Below, one piece after another: positions 13,060 through 25,949 of a stretch of 64,000 nucleotides of DNA. Position numbers and translations under genes: made by a program. Every line of letters begins with the position of its first letter. The first letter of the stretch is position 1. Source of the stretch: Octopus sinensis (lineage: Eukaryota); the NCBI RefSeq assembly GCF_006345805.1, contig NW_021825194.1, forward strand, positions 248,001 through 312,000, in the 5' to 3' direction. The notes below the pieces were generated by a model, which did not search any database, was not told where the DNA came from, and saw only the letters and a list, made by a program, of their open reading frames with translations.

Positions 13060-14950
13060 AAAGACTATTTAGGCCTTCAGTAAAGCAATATTCTAATAAT
13101 CTGAGACACGAACACTTTGAAATTATTCTGAGTGCGATTTCAATTCTGCAGAACTAAACCTACAACATAGCTGAAATGAGCAGGGTCTTGCATTCCTCAT
13201 CGTTGATAGCAGTGCTTGAATTTCTTACATTCATTGACAAATTCATTACAATCACCATCACTATGGTAAACATCAGTCTATTCTTCACACCCTTGACTAA
13301 GCTCATTATTGTCATTTGTTTAAACTGTAAGGAAACAGACTTCTAATGTTTTCGTAGTCTCACTTTCATGAATGTACCGGATAGTAAATGTCAGTTAATC
13401 TACGTGCGGGATGTTAGTAATCAACACTAATGGAATACTTATGGAATAAATATCGATTCTTTAACTTCTTTCTATTCTTGCTGTCCCATTATATCAATAA
13501 ATTTTTCACATCACACATATTTGATGATGGTTTCTTTCTTTACATTTTCACAAGCTTTTAAACGTTCTTGTAATAGTTCTAGAATACCAAGAATACCAAA
13601 AATACTAAGGAACTGTCTCTTTTTGAGGAAGAAATTGTTTGATTCTATGCACTATGCACGAAAGTCAATCCTCTGGAAGAAAGAAAGTGAAGAACAGAAA
13701 CCACATGCTTTAGCACTATACGTCCGTACTTTTGCGAATTTACTCCATTTACTACTTAACAAAGCAGATTGTTTTCCTTCCCCATCACTGATTCTCGTAA
13801 AATGAAAGGAAATCTTTTCTTAGTCAATAGACTACATGGAAAGCAATTTTATCTTTGGATAGTGAGCGTAGCAAGCACTCGGGTTTTATAATGCCATTTG
13901 ATTTTCAAAGATTCGGATCTGTCAGAACATGATCGTAAACATGCAAATTCTTAGTTATCGTTACAGATCTGTGTATTTCGTTTAAAAGTTCACAAGAAGA
14001 GGGAGCTTGTATATCTGAAATTGGGAAATCAGATAAAGGAGATTTTGCAGGAGTTTGAAGCAAGTGTGAAACATTGAAAGTTTTCAATTTTTTCATTGTC
14101 CTATTCTAGGCGCCACAAGCATATGTACGCTTCATTTCTGTTCAAAAAGATGCAGAATTATAATTTACAAAAATTAGATATGTATATTGTAAAAATAATT
14201 AACAACAGCAGGTATTATGATGAATGATAACTATTTCTGATTAATTGGTCGCTCAACCGGGAAAGCATTATAGCCCAATTTTCCTCAATTCCACGATACC
14301 GTATTCAATACTGAAATACCAGGATAGACATGATATGATATATCATGTAAAAACAAAAAAATTATCAGGGCTAAAACATTGATAGAAGAATAAAATTTCA
14401 ACATATAAATTTCACTACTATATGCTGATATCGTAAGCGACAGAAACTCGATCTCATCCCTTAACAGGACCCAATACTCGTTCAAAAGTAAAATTCCTAC
14501 CTTTTATATTTTCCTCACACAAAAGCTTACAAGCAGCTACAACATTGGATTATAGCAGTTGGGGATTGCTCTTTGTCCAATCCATTTCGAAATTCGGACC
14601 GTTTATTTTTTAAGATAACTATATTTTGGTACCTGCTGCGTGACAGGATTCCAGCCGGTTTGGTAATTGTCTTTGTATGACACTGCTAAGAGGTAAATGA
14701 AATTGCTGCACTATTATTACAACTCATACGATCAGTTACAAGAGATGTGGTACGAAGTTTGTTTGAACTGCTAAGTGATTTGTATTCGCCTGTCTAACGA
14801 ACATGAATCAAAGCTTCCTAGGCAGCGCCACTGATACATTTGAACTAAATTGAAGTCTTTCTGAACGTGAGTCGAGTCTTTTCCCAAATGACAATTCTGT
14901 AGACTTATAAAGCTATCAATGCAACTTAAACGTTATCATTTTAATTTGAT
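13060..14950 (-). mobile_element. hAT transposase relic (DUF4371-type), heavily decayed and internally deleted
   Basis: Minus-strand fragments VLHFLSSRGLTF, GILELL, KYSISVD..HVD(Q)LTFTIRYI (first catalytic D region), and ECKKFK..KIALRI (dimerisation-domain-like). Confidence 0.6.
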
Positions 14951-15230
14951 ACTTTCAAATATTTAGTAAATAATTAGTTCACTTTACATAAAAGTATATT
15001 TAGAAAAATGATAAATCTCATCTTCATATTCCAAGTTTTGGTCACGGCTGTATTATTTTTTGTACAGGTATCATCTTGTTCATTACACATGCACGCATGC
15101 AGACACTGCATACACATATATGTACGCATTTTTGCACACCAAAAAAACAAACGCTCACATAGATAAAATGAATACAAATAAAAATGCAACAAAACAGATG
15201 CTAGTTTCTGTGATCAGAAATATTAATGTA

Positions 15231-16011
15231 CTAGCAAAAATACCCAACGTCGCCTGGGTTAAAGAGAATAATGAAATTTAAAAACGCCATCTAGATTACG
15301 CAGATCTCAACTGCTAGTAGCTGAAATACCAACTTTCTACATTAATAACTCTCCATCCCATGCCAGCATGGATCATAGACGTTAAGTGAAATGTTAAAAG
15401 AAAGTTTTCAACTCATATATGTATATAAAGTAAATACACGTAATTCAAAAACACGTTTTGTGTAGCTTATTTCGTAGCAAAAAAAAAAACAGGTATATAA
15501 ACTATGAAAGCCGATTTTGGTTATTCATTTGACAGAGGTAGTAGAGAGTTAATCCGATGATAAATCTGACCCTGGTTCTTGAAAGTTTGCATGAATCCTG
15601 GCTCAGTTAAATCTCTTGTGGTTCTAAATGATGTCATCTGTAGTCCAACGTTGTATTGTCTAATTTTGCTTTGCAAGTGCTTGGAATCTTGGTCAGTTGA
15701 TGACAACAGTTTCTTCAATGGCTCTGGAGGTTGGGGGATTGCAGGGAGTTTAACCTTTCCACCACTGCAGCACAGTGCTGGTGTCTTTCCAGGCCACTTC
15801 CTTGCTTTACAATGTATGAACTCAGTTGTCATTGCACCAATGGAAACTCTAGCATCATCTGCATAATGAATTGCTGGATCATAATTGAAAGTTACTTCAT
15901 AGAAATTGCTTCTTAGAGCTGTTGCAATTACCCTTCGTTCTACAGTGGAGATCCTATTCCTTATCAGTCGTGCATACCTCTGTTCATCACTTTGAGATGC
16001 TCTGGCTTTTG
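15231..16011 (-). mobile_element. Helitron fragment: RepHel N-terminus plus 3' end
   Basis: KARASQSDEQR..HC.ARKW..CCSGGKVKLP..IRQYN..QMTSF..GQIYHRI; 3' hairpin cccaggcgacgttggg and CTAG|T at 15231-15258. Confidence 0.85.
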
Positions 16012-16045
<34 letters not shown>

Positions 16046-16137
16046 ATTTGGCTCAAAAGCAAATAGCAAGGCCATGTAGGGGGACATGGAGTTAAGTACA
16101 GGGTGGTGTTCATGTAAAGAGTTCAGGCCACTTGAGG

Positions 16138-18997
16138 TCAAGGGAGGCTTTGAACAAAAGCGGTCGTCGGCATCTTCACCATCTCGTCTGGCAGCTCGTT
16201 CCACGGATCCGCAACCCGGACGGAGAAAGCTCCTCTCCTTCGATTGAGATGAAATCGTCGCAGGTAGAGCTTTTCGGAATGACCCCGCAGCCGACGCTCT
16301 GGAGCAGGAGTGAAGAACAGCTCTTTCGAGAGGTTACACTTTCCGCTTATGATGTTGTGGGCGAGAATGAGATCACCACGGCGACGGCGTTTTTCAAGAG
16401 AATAAAGGTCGAGCGTCCTCAGCCTTTCTTCGTAGGACAAATTTTTGAGACCATGAACCATGCGGGTAGCCAGCTTCTGGACTCTTTCGAGATGCTGTAT
16501 GTCTTTGAGGAGATAAGGAGAAGAGGCTTGAATCCCGTACTCCAATATGGGTCTCACCAGCGTGACATAGAGTGGTAGGAATATGGCTGCTGTGAGCATT
16601 CCGAATGACCGTCGAATCAAGAACAGAATTCCGTGTGCTTTGCTGGCAGCATGGACGCACTGGGCCGAAGGCGAAAAGGAGGAATCCACCAAGATACCCA
16701 GGTCCTTTACCTGATCGGTCCTCTCCAGCAGCAGACGACCCGGCTCGAAATCAAGTTGAGTTGCAGGAGGAGAGCCAACAGGCAGATGACAGCACTTTGA
16801 CACGTTCAGACACAGGTCCCATTCGTTAGACCACTTCCAAATTTGGTGGAGGCATCGACGAAGATCCTCTATATCACCGCGAGGAGCGACCAGTTTGATA
16901 TCGTCGGCAAATAGAAGGGTGTGTTGCGTGAGGTCGTCGGGCAAGTCATTTATGAAGACTAAGAACAATAAGGGCCCAAGCACTGAACCTTGAGGCACGC
17001 CACTGCTCGCACTAGAGACGTCGGACCGCGAGCCATTAACTTGGACTTGGAAGGAGCGATCTGAGAGGAAGGCACCAACCCATCGTACAATATCCGGATG
17101 GAAAATATATGCTTGAAGCTTGACAAGTAATAGGCGGTGGTTTACCGAGTCAAAAGCTTTGGCAAAGTCCAATAAAACGATGTCAACAGCATCACTATCA
17201 TCGAGGATGCGCGTCACCAATTCTTCCATTACCAGTAAGTTAGTCAAGCATGATCTCTTCGGCACGAAGCCGTGTTGGAAATCAGATATAGAGGGTGTGT
17301 TTTGGAGGTGAAGCATCATACTTTTCTTAAGGATGGTTTCGAACATCTTGCTGATTATTGATGTAAGGGAAACCGGTCGGTAGTTAAGCGGGTCTTCGCG
17401 GCTCCCTTTCTTGAAAATTGGGCAGATTATTGCTGTTCTCCAGTCCGCAGGTATAACACCCGTCGCCAATGACATATTGAATAGACGTGTTAAGGGCTCG
17501 CAGATGACCGGAGCCAACGCTTTGATAACCCGTGGGTGTATGCCGTCAGGGTTGACCCTTGTTGACATCGAGGCCTTGAATAACACGTTTGACTTCGTCC
17601 CGCGTGATGACCAATCGAAGCATTGGAGGTACCAATCTATCAAATGGAGGGGATTCACGACCATCATCTTGTTTGAAAATAGTTGAAAAAGCCTCGGCAA
17701 ATAATTGACTCTGTTGATAAGGGTCCTCAATCGATACGCCTGTTGAGTCTACCAACGTTGCAATCTGGTTGTTCAAGCGGGAATTCCATTGGACATGGGC
17801 AAAGAAGGTTTTTGGATTGCTACTGGCATTTGCCGCGATTTTGTATTCATAACTGAAGCGTTCTTCCTTTTCAATTTTCACGGCTCGGTCTCGTTGAGTT
17901 TTGTACACCTCAAAAGCTGCAGTCGAATCCAGATTTTTGAATTCAGCCCAAGCAATATCTCTGAGTCGACGTTCTCGTTTAACCTTCTTCGTCACCCAGG
18001 GCTTGTGTTTCTTCTTCTTGGGAAGCCCAACGGGAACTGCCTGGTCAGTCAACCAGATTACATATGCTTTGAGGGATGACCATAGTTCGTCAACTGAGGA
18101 CAACGTCATCAGGGATCGCCAGTCCAGAAGCGCGGAGGCCTCGGTTAGAATTTCAAGATTAATTGCAGAGAAGACTCTACGTGGCAGCGAAGTAGTCGTG
18201 GGCGTAGAAAAAGTTGTGTGCATGACGAACTTCAGGACCGCATGATCACTCTTGGCAAGAGGGGCGCACACAAATACGTCTGACACTGATCTTGGATAGC
18301 GGGAGAATACCAGATCCAGCATAGATGGCTGCTGCCCAGACCGATGCCTTGTCGGATATTCAACATGTTGTGATAGAAAACAATCTTCAGCCACGTCAAG
18401 AAGGGCCTGGCCGAACCGGGAAGATGTTGTACAAATTGATGCGGGCCAATCGATCGTGGGAGCGTTGAAGTCTCCTAGTACCAAACAGTCACGCGAAGCT
18501 GAAACGAATCTTATCGCTTCGAGTAAATGAGCATCGTCCTGGGGGTCGGAAAGAGGCGGCCTGTAGACAGCTAACACGGGCAGGCAAAACTCGGATAGGC
18601 TCAGCTTGCAATAGACGGCATCGAATTTTGTTGTAGGTTGAGCATTAGTGGGTAGAATACCGCTGGACGGTTTGTGCTCAGATTTAACATAGACAGCAAC
18701 ACCTCCACCTCGCCTTTTTTCTCTGTCACATCTGAAAAGGACGTAGCCCTGCAGGTGGATTTCTGAGTCCTTTACTGCTGGAGTCAGCCAAGTCTCGGTG
18801 ATAGCTATCACATCAGGGGAGTCACGTATGGCCAGTGCAAATAGTTCGCTGAACTTTGGGAATAAGGAGCACGAGTTGGTATAGACGATGCTGAGCTGTG
18901 AAGTTTGAGGGGCGGGAGTTGGGGAACAAGCAGAATAAGGGGTATCAGAGATAGCATTGTTGACGGAGGTATCAACTTCACTTCGATCTGCCCTCAC
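16138..18997 (-). pseudogene. CR1 ORF2 (APE-RT) with one frameshift near 17550
   Basis: SIVYTN..AITETW, GGGVAVYV, LGDFNAP, LDLVF, SDH; PDGIHP, YRPVSLTS, QHGFVP, LDFAKAFDSVNH, GVPQGSVLGPLLF, FADDIKL, KDLG. Confidence 0.93.
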
Positions 18998-20144
18998 TTC
19001 ACTTTCCCTGTCAGCACTACAGCATGCGACCAGAGGTAGGACTTGATTATTTGTCCATCTTGGATGCGTAAACCCTTCTCTCCCATCTGTTTCCTCATCT
19101 TTAGTTCGGATATTAGGTTTCTCCGGCGAATTCTCTCTCTCAGTGAGTATTCCTCGCGAAAACCCATATTGGGGTCCTCCCAGGCATGCGTCTGAGCTCT
19201 GTTCAGAAAGGCTGAAGCCTCCCGATCGGAAGAAAAGATTACCCTTATTGGGCGTGGTCTAGTATCTGAGGTTGGGTTCGCTTGGAATCTTCCTAGCCGA
19301 GCGACCTTATGGATACTGACATTTTCGTTCACAGAGAACAATTCTCCAACTAAAATGGAAACACAATTAATGTCTTCTTTTAGGCGGTTTATGCCTGTAT
19401 CACAGGTGGATTCAGCTTTACCATAAATTATTGCTGTTCTCTACTATGAGCTGCGGTATTCGATTCTTCATTGGATGATTTCGAACGGGTGGTTTCATAG
19501 CCATCAGACTTATGTCGGCCTGTGGGGTCGATCGGAATGGGTTTAGTGGTCATAATTATCCCGCCTGGTTTGGAACTGCACTGCCTCTTCTTCGGTTTGG
19601 GGGAGCACCACTCCCCAGATGAACTCACATCGAGATCGTTCAGAATTGGTTGAGCAATGGCATTAATGGGAAGGACAAGTGAGGGAGAATCTAAACATAT
19701 TTTATCGTGATCAGGTTTCATAGCTAAATCTGCCCCACTGGAGTTTTGACTACGTTTCTTCTTTTGGGGAGAACAACGGTCTTCAGGTGGGTTTGAGTCT
19801 ACGCTCCTCAAATTAGGTTGGGGAACCTCCGGGACCGAAAAGGCAGATGAGGAAGAATCCGCACAGGAACGATCATGTGCAGAAACGACCGCCGGTTCCT
19901 TCGCCTTCTTTGGCCGCTTCGATTTTGTTCCCTTCGGTTTGGACGTCTCCAGGGAAGAAATCAAGGGTGACTCTGCGTCAATAGGAGACTGTTTATTCAG
20001 TAAAAGAGCAACAACAGACTTTAGGTGCTCGACCTCTTGTTTGAGCAGCAGCAACTGCTCGTTGAGCTGACTATTGGTAGGATCATCATCTTGATGAGAA
20101 GCCCTTCTTGCAGATCTCAGTTTCGATCTGTAGGCAGCTGACAT
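18994..20144 (-). pseudogene. CR1 ORF1 (coiled-coil N-terminus, L1TD1/transposase_22-like C-terminus)
   Basis: LNEQLLLLKQEVEHLKSVV; RLG..RPRPIRVIF..REEYSLRERIRRRNLISELK..GLRIQDGQII; interrupted by stops. Confidence 0.75.
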
Positions 20145-20894
20145 GATAGATGGTTGACTAAAAACAATCTTCTATGGGCTCTAGGACAAATCTGAGTTAA
20201 ATCAGGAACAAAAAACAGTTGCAATCCTTGTAGGAGTAGGCAACAGCAGACAAAATCTGAGAGAGTTTGGGCTGAGCCGAATCACAATCCAAGATTGAAA
20301 ACAGACGGTGAAACGAGTCGGGAACCCTTCCTAATTGTCTGAAGCAGCTTTAGGATAAGGGATAGTAGGTCCAACTTTAGAATATTGATATGCATCTAAA
20401 ATGTTCCACACGATTAAATATCATTTAGTACTTCAATAATTGCGTCTGCGCATGTTTGTATATGTGTGAATAATGTGTTTATGTGCGAGAAGGCACATGT
20501 TTTTGTCTATCGTTAATTTAGATTATTAAGTTTTTCTTCTTTTTTCCTCACGTTTTTCCCTTTTAAAGTATTTATTTTTAAAGTAATTTATACGTTGGAG
20601 GGAGGGCTGAGGGTGTGTTTTTATTGTAAATTCTCTTTTCTCCCAGCACAGAGAAAGAAAGGGATTTTTCGTTGGTGCCACCGGTATAATTCAGACACGG
20701 GGAAAGACATCTTGGTGTCATCGTCAACTTGTGTTTCTAATTGTAGCGATAGTAGTAACAGCAGTAAATTCTGATAGCAGCAGTAGCAATAGTTCATAAA
20801 GTGAGATGAAGAACGATCGGTCAAAGAGAGTTCAAATTGTCTGCAATAGTGTTGATGGAACTTGCGAACAGTGACCTTGACTTTGAGAAAAATC

Positions 20895-21012
20895 CTGTCC
20901 GTTTCTTGGTATGCTTCCCTTTCTACAGCTGTCTCTCTTTCCAAGGACAGAGACATCTTTTTGGCTGACCTTGATATTGTAGATAAGTTTGACACTTTCC
21001 TTCTAGGCATGG
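20895..21012 (-). mobile_element. Helitron RepHel extreme N-terminus fragment
   Basis: MPRRKVSNLSTISRSAKKMSLSLERETAVEREAYQETDR, which plausibly joins KARASQSDEQR at 16011. Confidence 0.55.
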
Positions 21013-21385
21013 CTGTGCACGTATACAGAAATACACGGGTGCAGAAGATAGTAACGGAAATTATAGAAAGTAAATAAGAAATTTTTACAGAAAATGAAGA
21101 ATTATACGAGTTGAAGCAAAATTTGTCAGTGAACCAAAGAGCCAGTATCGAAGGAATCAGAAAACAGCTGTTAATAGAAGAAAGACACAAAATCGTTACA
21201 AAAGTAAATAAGAACTTTTTAGGGAAATTAACTAAATGTACGGGTTTAAGTGAAAATTTTGAAGTTACTTCTGTCAGTAAATTAAGAACTTAATTTTATC
21301 AGTAATTACGTCAACAACAACAAAAAAAACCCCACACACACAAAACGTTGCAAAAGTAACCAGACAGGTTACCAGTCTGGGTCAA

Positions 21386-21421
<36 letters not shown>

Positions 21422-21501
21422 CATTCGAGCTGTGCGGATAATACTAGACTGAGTTGGTGCTTCAACTTAAGTAACTAATTCAACTGAATATATATATATA
21501 T

Positions 21502-23509
21502 CACCTTGATCACCTTGACCGACCAGTCCGTCGGGCGTCCATTTGACACCGCTGGTCACAGCACGCTGTCCACTCCTCTCTGGATCGCGCCTTTCTCATC
21601 CACGTGATCCCAATCGTCCTCCTGAAATCGTAACTCCACCGTCGTGGAGGCCTTCCGGGTGGTCGTTTCCGCTCGCGCGGGTACCACTCGGCAACTGCGC
21701 GGGTCCACCGATTATCGGTGAGCCGGGCGACGTGTCCAGCCCATCTAAACTTGCTGCGTGTATACTCTGCGATGACATCCCTCACGCTGAACTTCTTTCT
21801 GATAATCTCGCTACTGATGTGCTCTCTCAGCGAGATACCAAGCATTGACCTTTCCAAGGCTCTTTGAGCCGTTACCAGTCTCTGCTCTTCTCTCTTTGTG
21901 GTAGCCCATGTTTCACTACCATATAACATTGCAGGGAGAACTGTACGGTTGGCGCGGGTGGTCCTGTCCAACCTTCCCTTAAGCACATTCCTTATGCCAT
22001 TAAACGCCTTCCATCCGGCCCTTACTCTCCGTGAGATCTCCTTTTCGATATCTCGGCACATATTCACTTCCGGTCCCGGGTAGACATATTCCTTTACCTC
22101 CTCTATTTCATCACTGCCGACCTGTTGGTATGTTGTCTGACCGCATGAAAGTCGTTTTCATGCGGTTCATCTTGAGACCTACTGCAGAGCTTTTGATGTC
22201 GAGCTCCATCAGCATGGTCTGGAGCTGATCCGTGGTTTCAGCCATGAGTACGATGTCGTCAGCGAAACGGTGGTGGGTGAGGAGCTCGCCATTGATGTTG
22301 TCACCGCCTTGCCAGTCGATGCCTCTGATGATCTGCTCGAGACATGCGGTGAAAAGTTTTGGGGAGATCATATCTCCTTGCTTCACTCCGTTCTCGACCA
22401 ACACTCGTACGGGTGATGACAGCAGAGTTATGTCGGTGGTGCATCCAGAATTTGCCTCCCTGAGCAGTTGCACATATTGCGCCTCGACTCCTTGCCTCTG
22501 CAGCGAGTTCAGCACTGCGTTGGTTTCGACGCTATCGAAGGCCTTCTCATAGTCTACAAACGCAACGCAAAGAGGCAGCTTGTACTCATTCGCTCGCTCA
22601 AGCAGTTGTGTTAGAGTAAATATATGGTCCATCGTGCTGTAGTTCTTCCGGAAGCCGGCTTGTTCCCTCGGTTGTTGTTCGTCGAGATGACGTGATAACC
22701 TGTTCAGAATTATCTTTGTAAACAGCTTGTATACGTGAGACAGCAGGCATATGGGTCGGTAGTTCTTTAGATCTTCTCTATCGCCCTTCTTATATAGCAG
22801 GATGGTATTTGACTCATTCCACTGCGAGGGAATTCTTTCCTCGTCTACATAGTGCGTAAATCGCTCAGCGAGGATTTTCCAGAGCTGCTCTCTGTCTGAC
22901 CTTAGCACCTCTGATGTTATATCGTCTTTCCCTGGCGCCTTTCCGTTTTTCATCAAGCCGATTGCTCTTTCAACCTCACTAGCAAGGATAGGTGGCACAT
23001 TTTCTTCCTGTTGGAGTGGTGGTAACGGCTGGACATTTCTGGTAGACTTAAAGAGCTTGGTGTAGAAGTCTTTGCAAACTTTTTCCATCTCGCTCTTATC
23101 GTTGACTGGTATTCCATCTGTATTCTTGAGGACCGTCACCTCCGATCTATATAGTACCATGTCCCTCTTGCATTTCTTGAGGCTCTTCTTTTCCTCTGCG
23201 GCCTTCAAGAGCTTCTCCATCTGGTATGCCTCAGTCTTTCTTTAGTTGCTGACGAATCACTCTGCTGAGAAGGAAATATTCAAGGTGATCTTCAATAGTC
23301 CTCTTCATATTTTTCCTCTTCTCGAGTAACTTCGTAGTTTCTTCTGAGGTTCTTCCCTTCTTTTCTCTTAGACATACTCCCTTAGCCTTCCTTAAACACT
23401 CCTTCAGTTTCCCTATCAGTGAGTTGTAGTCATCGTCTGTGTCATCTCCTTGGCACCAGTTTTCCTTCATGATGGCTTCCTGCAGCTTTGCCTCGTTGTT
23501 TGGCTCGAG

Positions 23510-23512
<3 letters not shown>
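21502..23512 (-). mobile_element. RTE-clade LINE, 5'-truncated (RT and C-terminus)
   Basis: GKAPGKDDI, YRPICLLS, QPREQAGFR, FVDYEKAFDSVE, KQGDMISPKLF, FADDIVL, PAMLYGSETW, WAGHVAR, RPPGRPPRRW; 3' end (CAAGGTGAT)2. Confidence 0.93.
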
Positions 23513-23558
<46 letters not shown>

Positions 23559-23581
23559 ATATTATATATATATTTTTATTT

Positions 23582-23790
23582 ATTATATAGAAGGAGCTTC
23601 TACAGGACTAGTACTGTTTCATTCAAGAGAAATCTTCAGGAAGCTATTTAACAAGAATTGTATTAGCATTTATAAATGCTATAAATGTATTAGCATGTAT
23701 AAATGCTAATACAATTCTTGTTAAATAGCTTCCTGAAGATTTCTCTTGAATGAAACAGTACTAGTCCTGTAGAAGCTCCTTCTATATAAT
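23582..23790. repeat. perfect palindrome, 93-bp arms with 23-nt spacer, containing an HHR-like motif
   Basis: 23582-23674 is the reverse complement of 23698-23790. Confidence 0.95.
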
Positions 23791-23863
23791 AAATTAATTT
23801 TACTCTGCTATGTATTGAGTACCTTACTTACTGTGGTTAACCCCGGATCAACCCGGGACCTAC

Positions 23864-23864
<1 letters not shown>

Positions 23865-23912
<48 letters not shown>

Positions 23913-23938
23913 TGTATGTATGTATGTATGTATGTATG

Positions 23939-23973
<35 letters not shown>

Positions 23974-23975
23974 AT
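23865..23975. repeat. (AT)n/(ATGT)n/(GT)n microsatellite
   Basis: Read directly. Confidence 0.95.
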
Positions 23976-24495
23976 GGGTGTGAGGGGGATGTTTGTGTAT
24001 ATATATCTATACATTCATACATACATACATACATATATACATATCTTTATGTCCGTGTATGTATTTTTATGTTTATATGTTTTTATTTTTCTGTATGTTT
24101 ATATTTTTATATGTATATGCATGTGTACAAATACGTATATATTCATAAATATGGGAATGCATGAGCGTTTTGAAATACGATAATTAAGGAATTAATTTGT
24201 GGTGAACGTAATTTGTTGCAAAAATTTAGGGCTAATGCAAGGGAGATAACAATCAAGATATTCTTATGAGTGACCTCACATGACCTATGTATTTATTTCG
24301 AAATCCCGTTCACTCGTGTGAACTCGTGTATTTCCAAATCAAATGGAGACGAGTACCAACATTTCTATGTGGCACACTTGAATAATTGTGAAGATCTCTT
24401 CACAGAAAACCATTGTTAGCCTTCTTAACCCACAAATAAAGCATATGTGTATGTGTGTATGTATGTATGTGTTTGTGCATACATGTATACATATA

Positions 24496-25770
24496 CAGGA
24501 GTTGAACAAAATAATGGAAACATCTGAAAATTTCAAGCAAATTTATCTTAATATGGGGTAGGACCGCCTTTGGCAGTAATTACAGCTTGAATTTTAGTGA
24601 GGTATGGACTCGTACAAAGTTTGAAATGTTTCCAAAGGAATTTTGTCCATTTTTCATCTAAAACAGTCTCCAGTTCTTGTAGTGATGATGGTGGAGGATA
24701 TCGACTCCTAACTTGTTTTTCTAGAATGCATCATAAATGTTCAACAATATTGAGATCTGGGGACAGTGATGGCCAGATAAGATGTTCAACTTCACTAAAA
24801 TGTTCCTCGTGCCATTCAGTAACAACTTTAGCTGTGTGAATTGGTGCATTATCATCCTGAAAGATTGCGTTACCCTCCGGAAACAGTTCTGCAACCATAG
24901 GATGAATTTGATCAGATAATATGAGTCTTCACTATTAATTCTGCCATGAATGGAAACTATTGGGCTGGCGGATTTCCAAGATATAGCCCCCCTCCTCCTC
25001 CCGATCATCACAGATCCTCCTCCATGTTTAACAGTTGGAAGAAGGCAGTCTGGGTCAGATGCTTCTTTCGGCTGTCTCCACGCGTATACTTGGTTGGCGG
25101 TCGGAAATAAGGCAAAGGATGACTCGTTCGAAAGAATAACATTTTCCCACTGCTCTCGGGAACAATTCTGTAGGTTTTTACTCTACTCTAGACACTTTGC
25201 AATGTTCGTTTTTGAAAGTAGTGGTTTTCTGATTGCAGCCCTCCTGTGAAATCCGGCTTTATGCAGCTCCTGGCGAACAGTTTTTGTGGAAACTGAGTTC
25301 TCGAGATGGTCATTAAGCGCTGCAGTAATTTTGGGAGCTGTACTTTTGTGATCTTTTCTAATAATTCGCGTAAGAATCCGACGGTCCCTATCTGAAAGTT
25401 TGGGTTTTCTTCCGGAGTTTTGTTTCGACAGGAGGTTTTTCCCCTCTTTCTCAAAGGTGTCATTACTTTCGAGACAGTACTTCTTGATATACCAAACATT
25501 TAGGCTGTTTTCGTTACGCTAGCGCCAGCCATACGAGCATCAACAATTTGACCTCTTTGAAAGTCCGATAAATCTGTCATTATAATGAATTTTAATTACC
25601 TTTTTCTGATGATATCTGAAAAGAAATAGCAATTTTAGCAAAACATATTAAGCAACATTAATATTAAAAAACAACAACATAAAAATAAACACGCTTTTGA
25701 CGGTTTTATAGATATTTCAAAATCATGATGCTATGATGTTAGGTTTTCCACCATTTTGTTCAATCCCTCT
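24496..25770 (-). mobile_element. Tc1-like DNA transposon, near full length, decayed
   Basis: TA|caggagttgaacaaaataatggaaaca TIR with a degenerate reverse copy at 25742-25768; GISRSTVSKV, DRRILTRI, AAIRKPLL, (D)ESSF, TVKHGGGSVM, IFQDDNAPIH, WP..SPDLNIVEHL. Confidence 0.92.
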
Positions 25771-25772
25771 CA

Positions 25773-25809
<37 letters not shown>

Positions 25810-25818
25810 CTCTCTCCT

Positions 25819-25895
<77 letters not shown>

Positions 25896-25905
25896 TATAT
25901 ATAAT
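25770..25905. repeat. (CT)n/(AT)n microsatellite
   Basis: Read directly. Confidence 0.95.
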
Positions 25906-25949
25906 AGTCAAGGTAGAAAATGCTAAAATAATTTTATCATAAAAAACAT

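Larger units (their letters stand above)
16012..20385 (-). mobile_element. CR1-clade LINE, near full length
   Basis: ORF1, APE-RT ORF2 and 3' (TAAC)n tail at 16012-16045; the 5' boundary is approximate. Confidence 0.9.
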
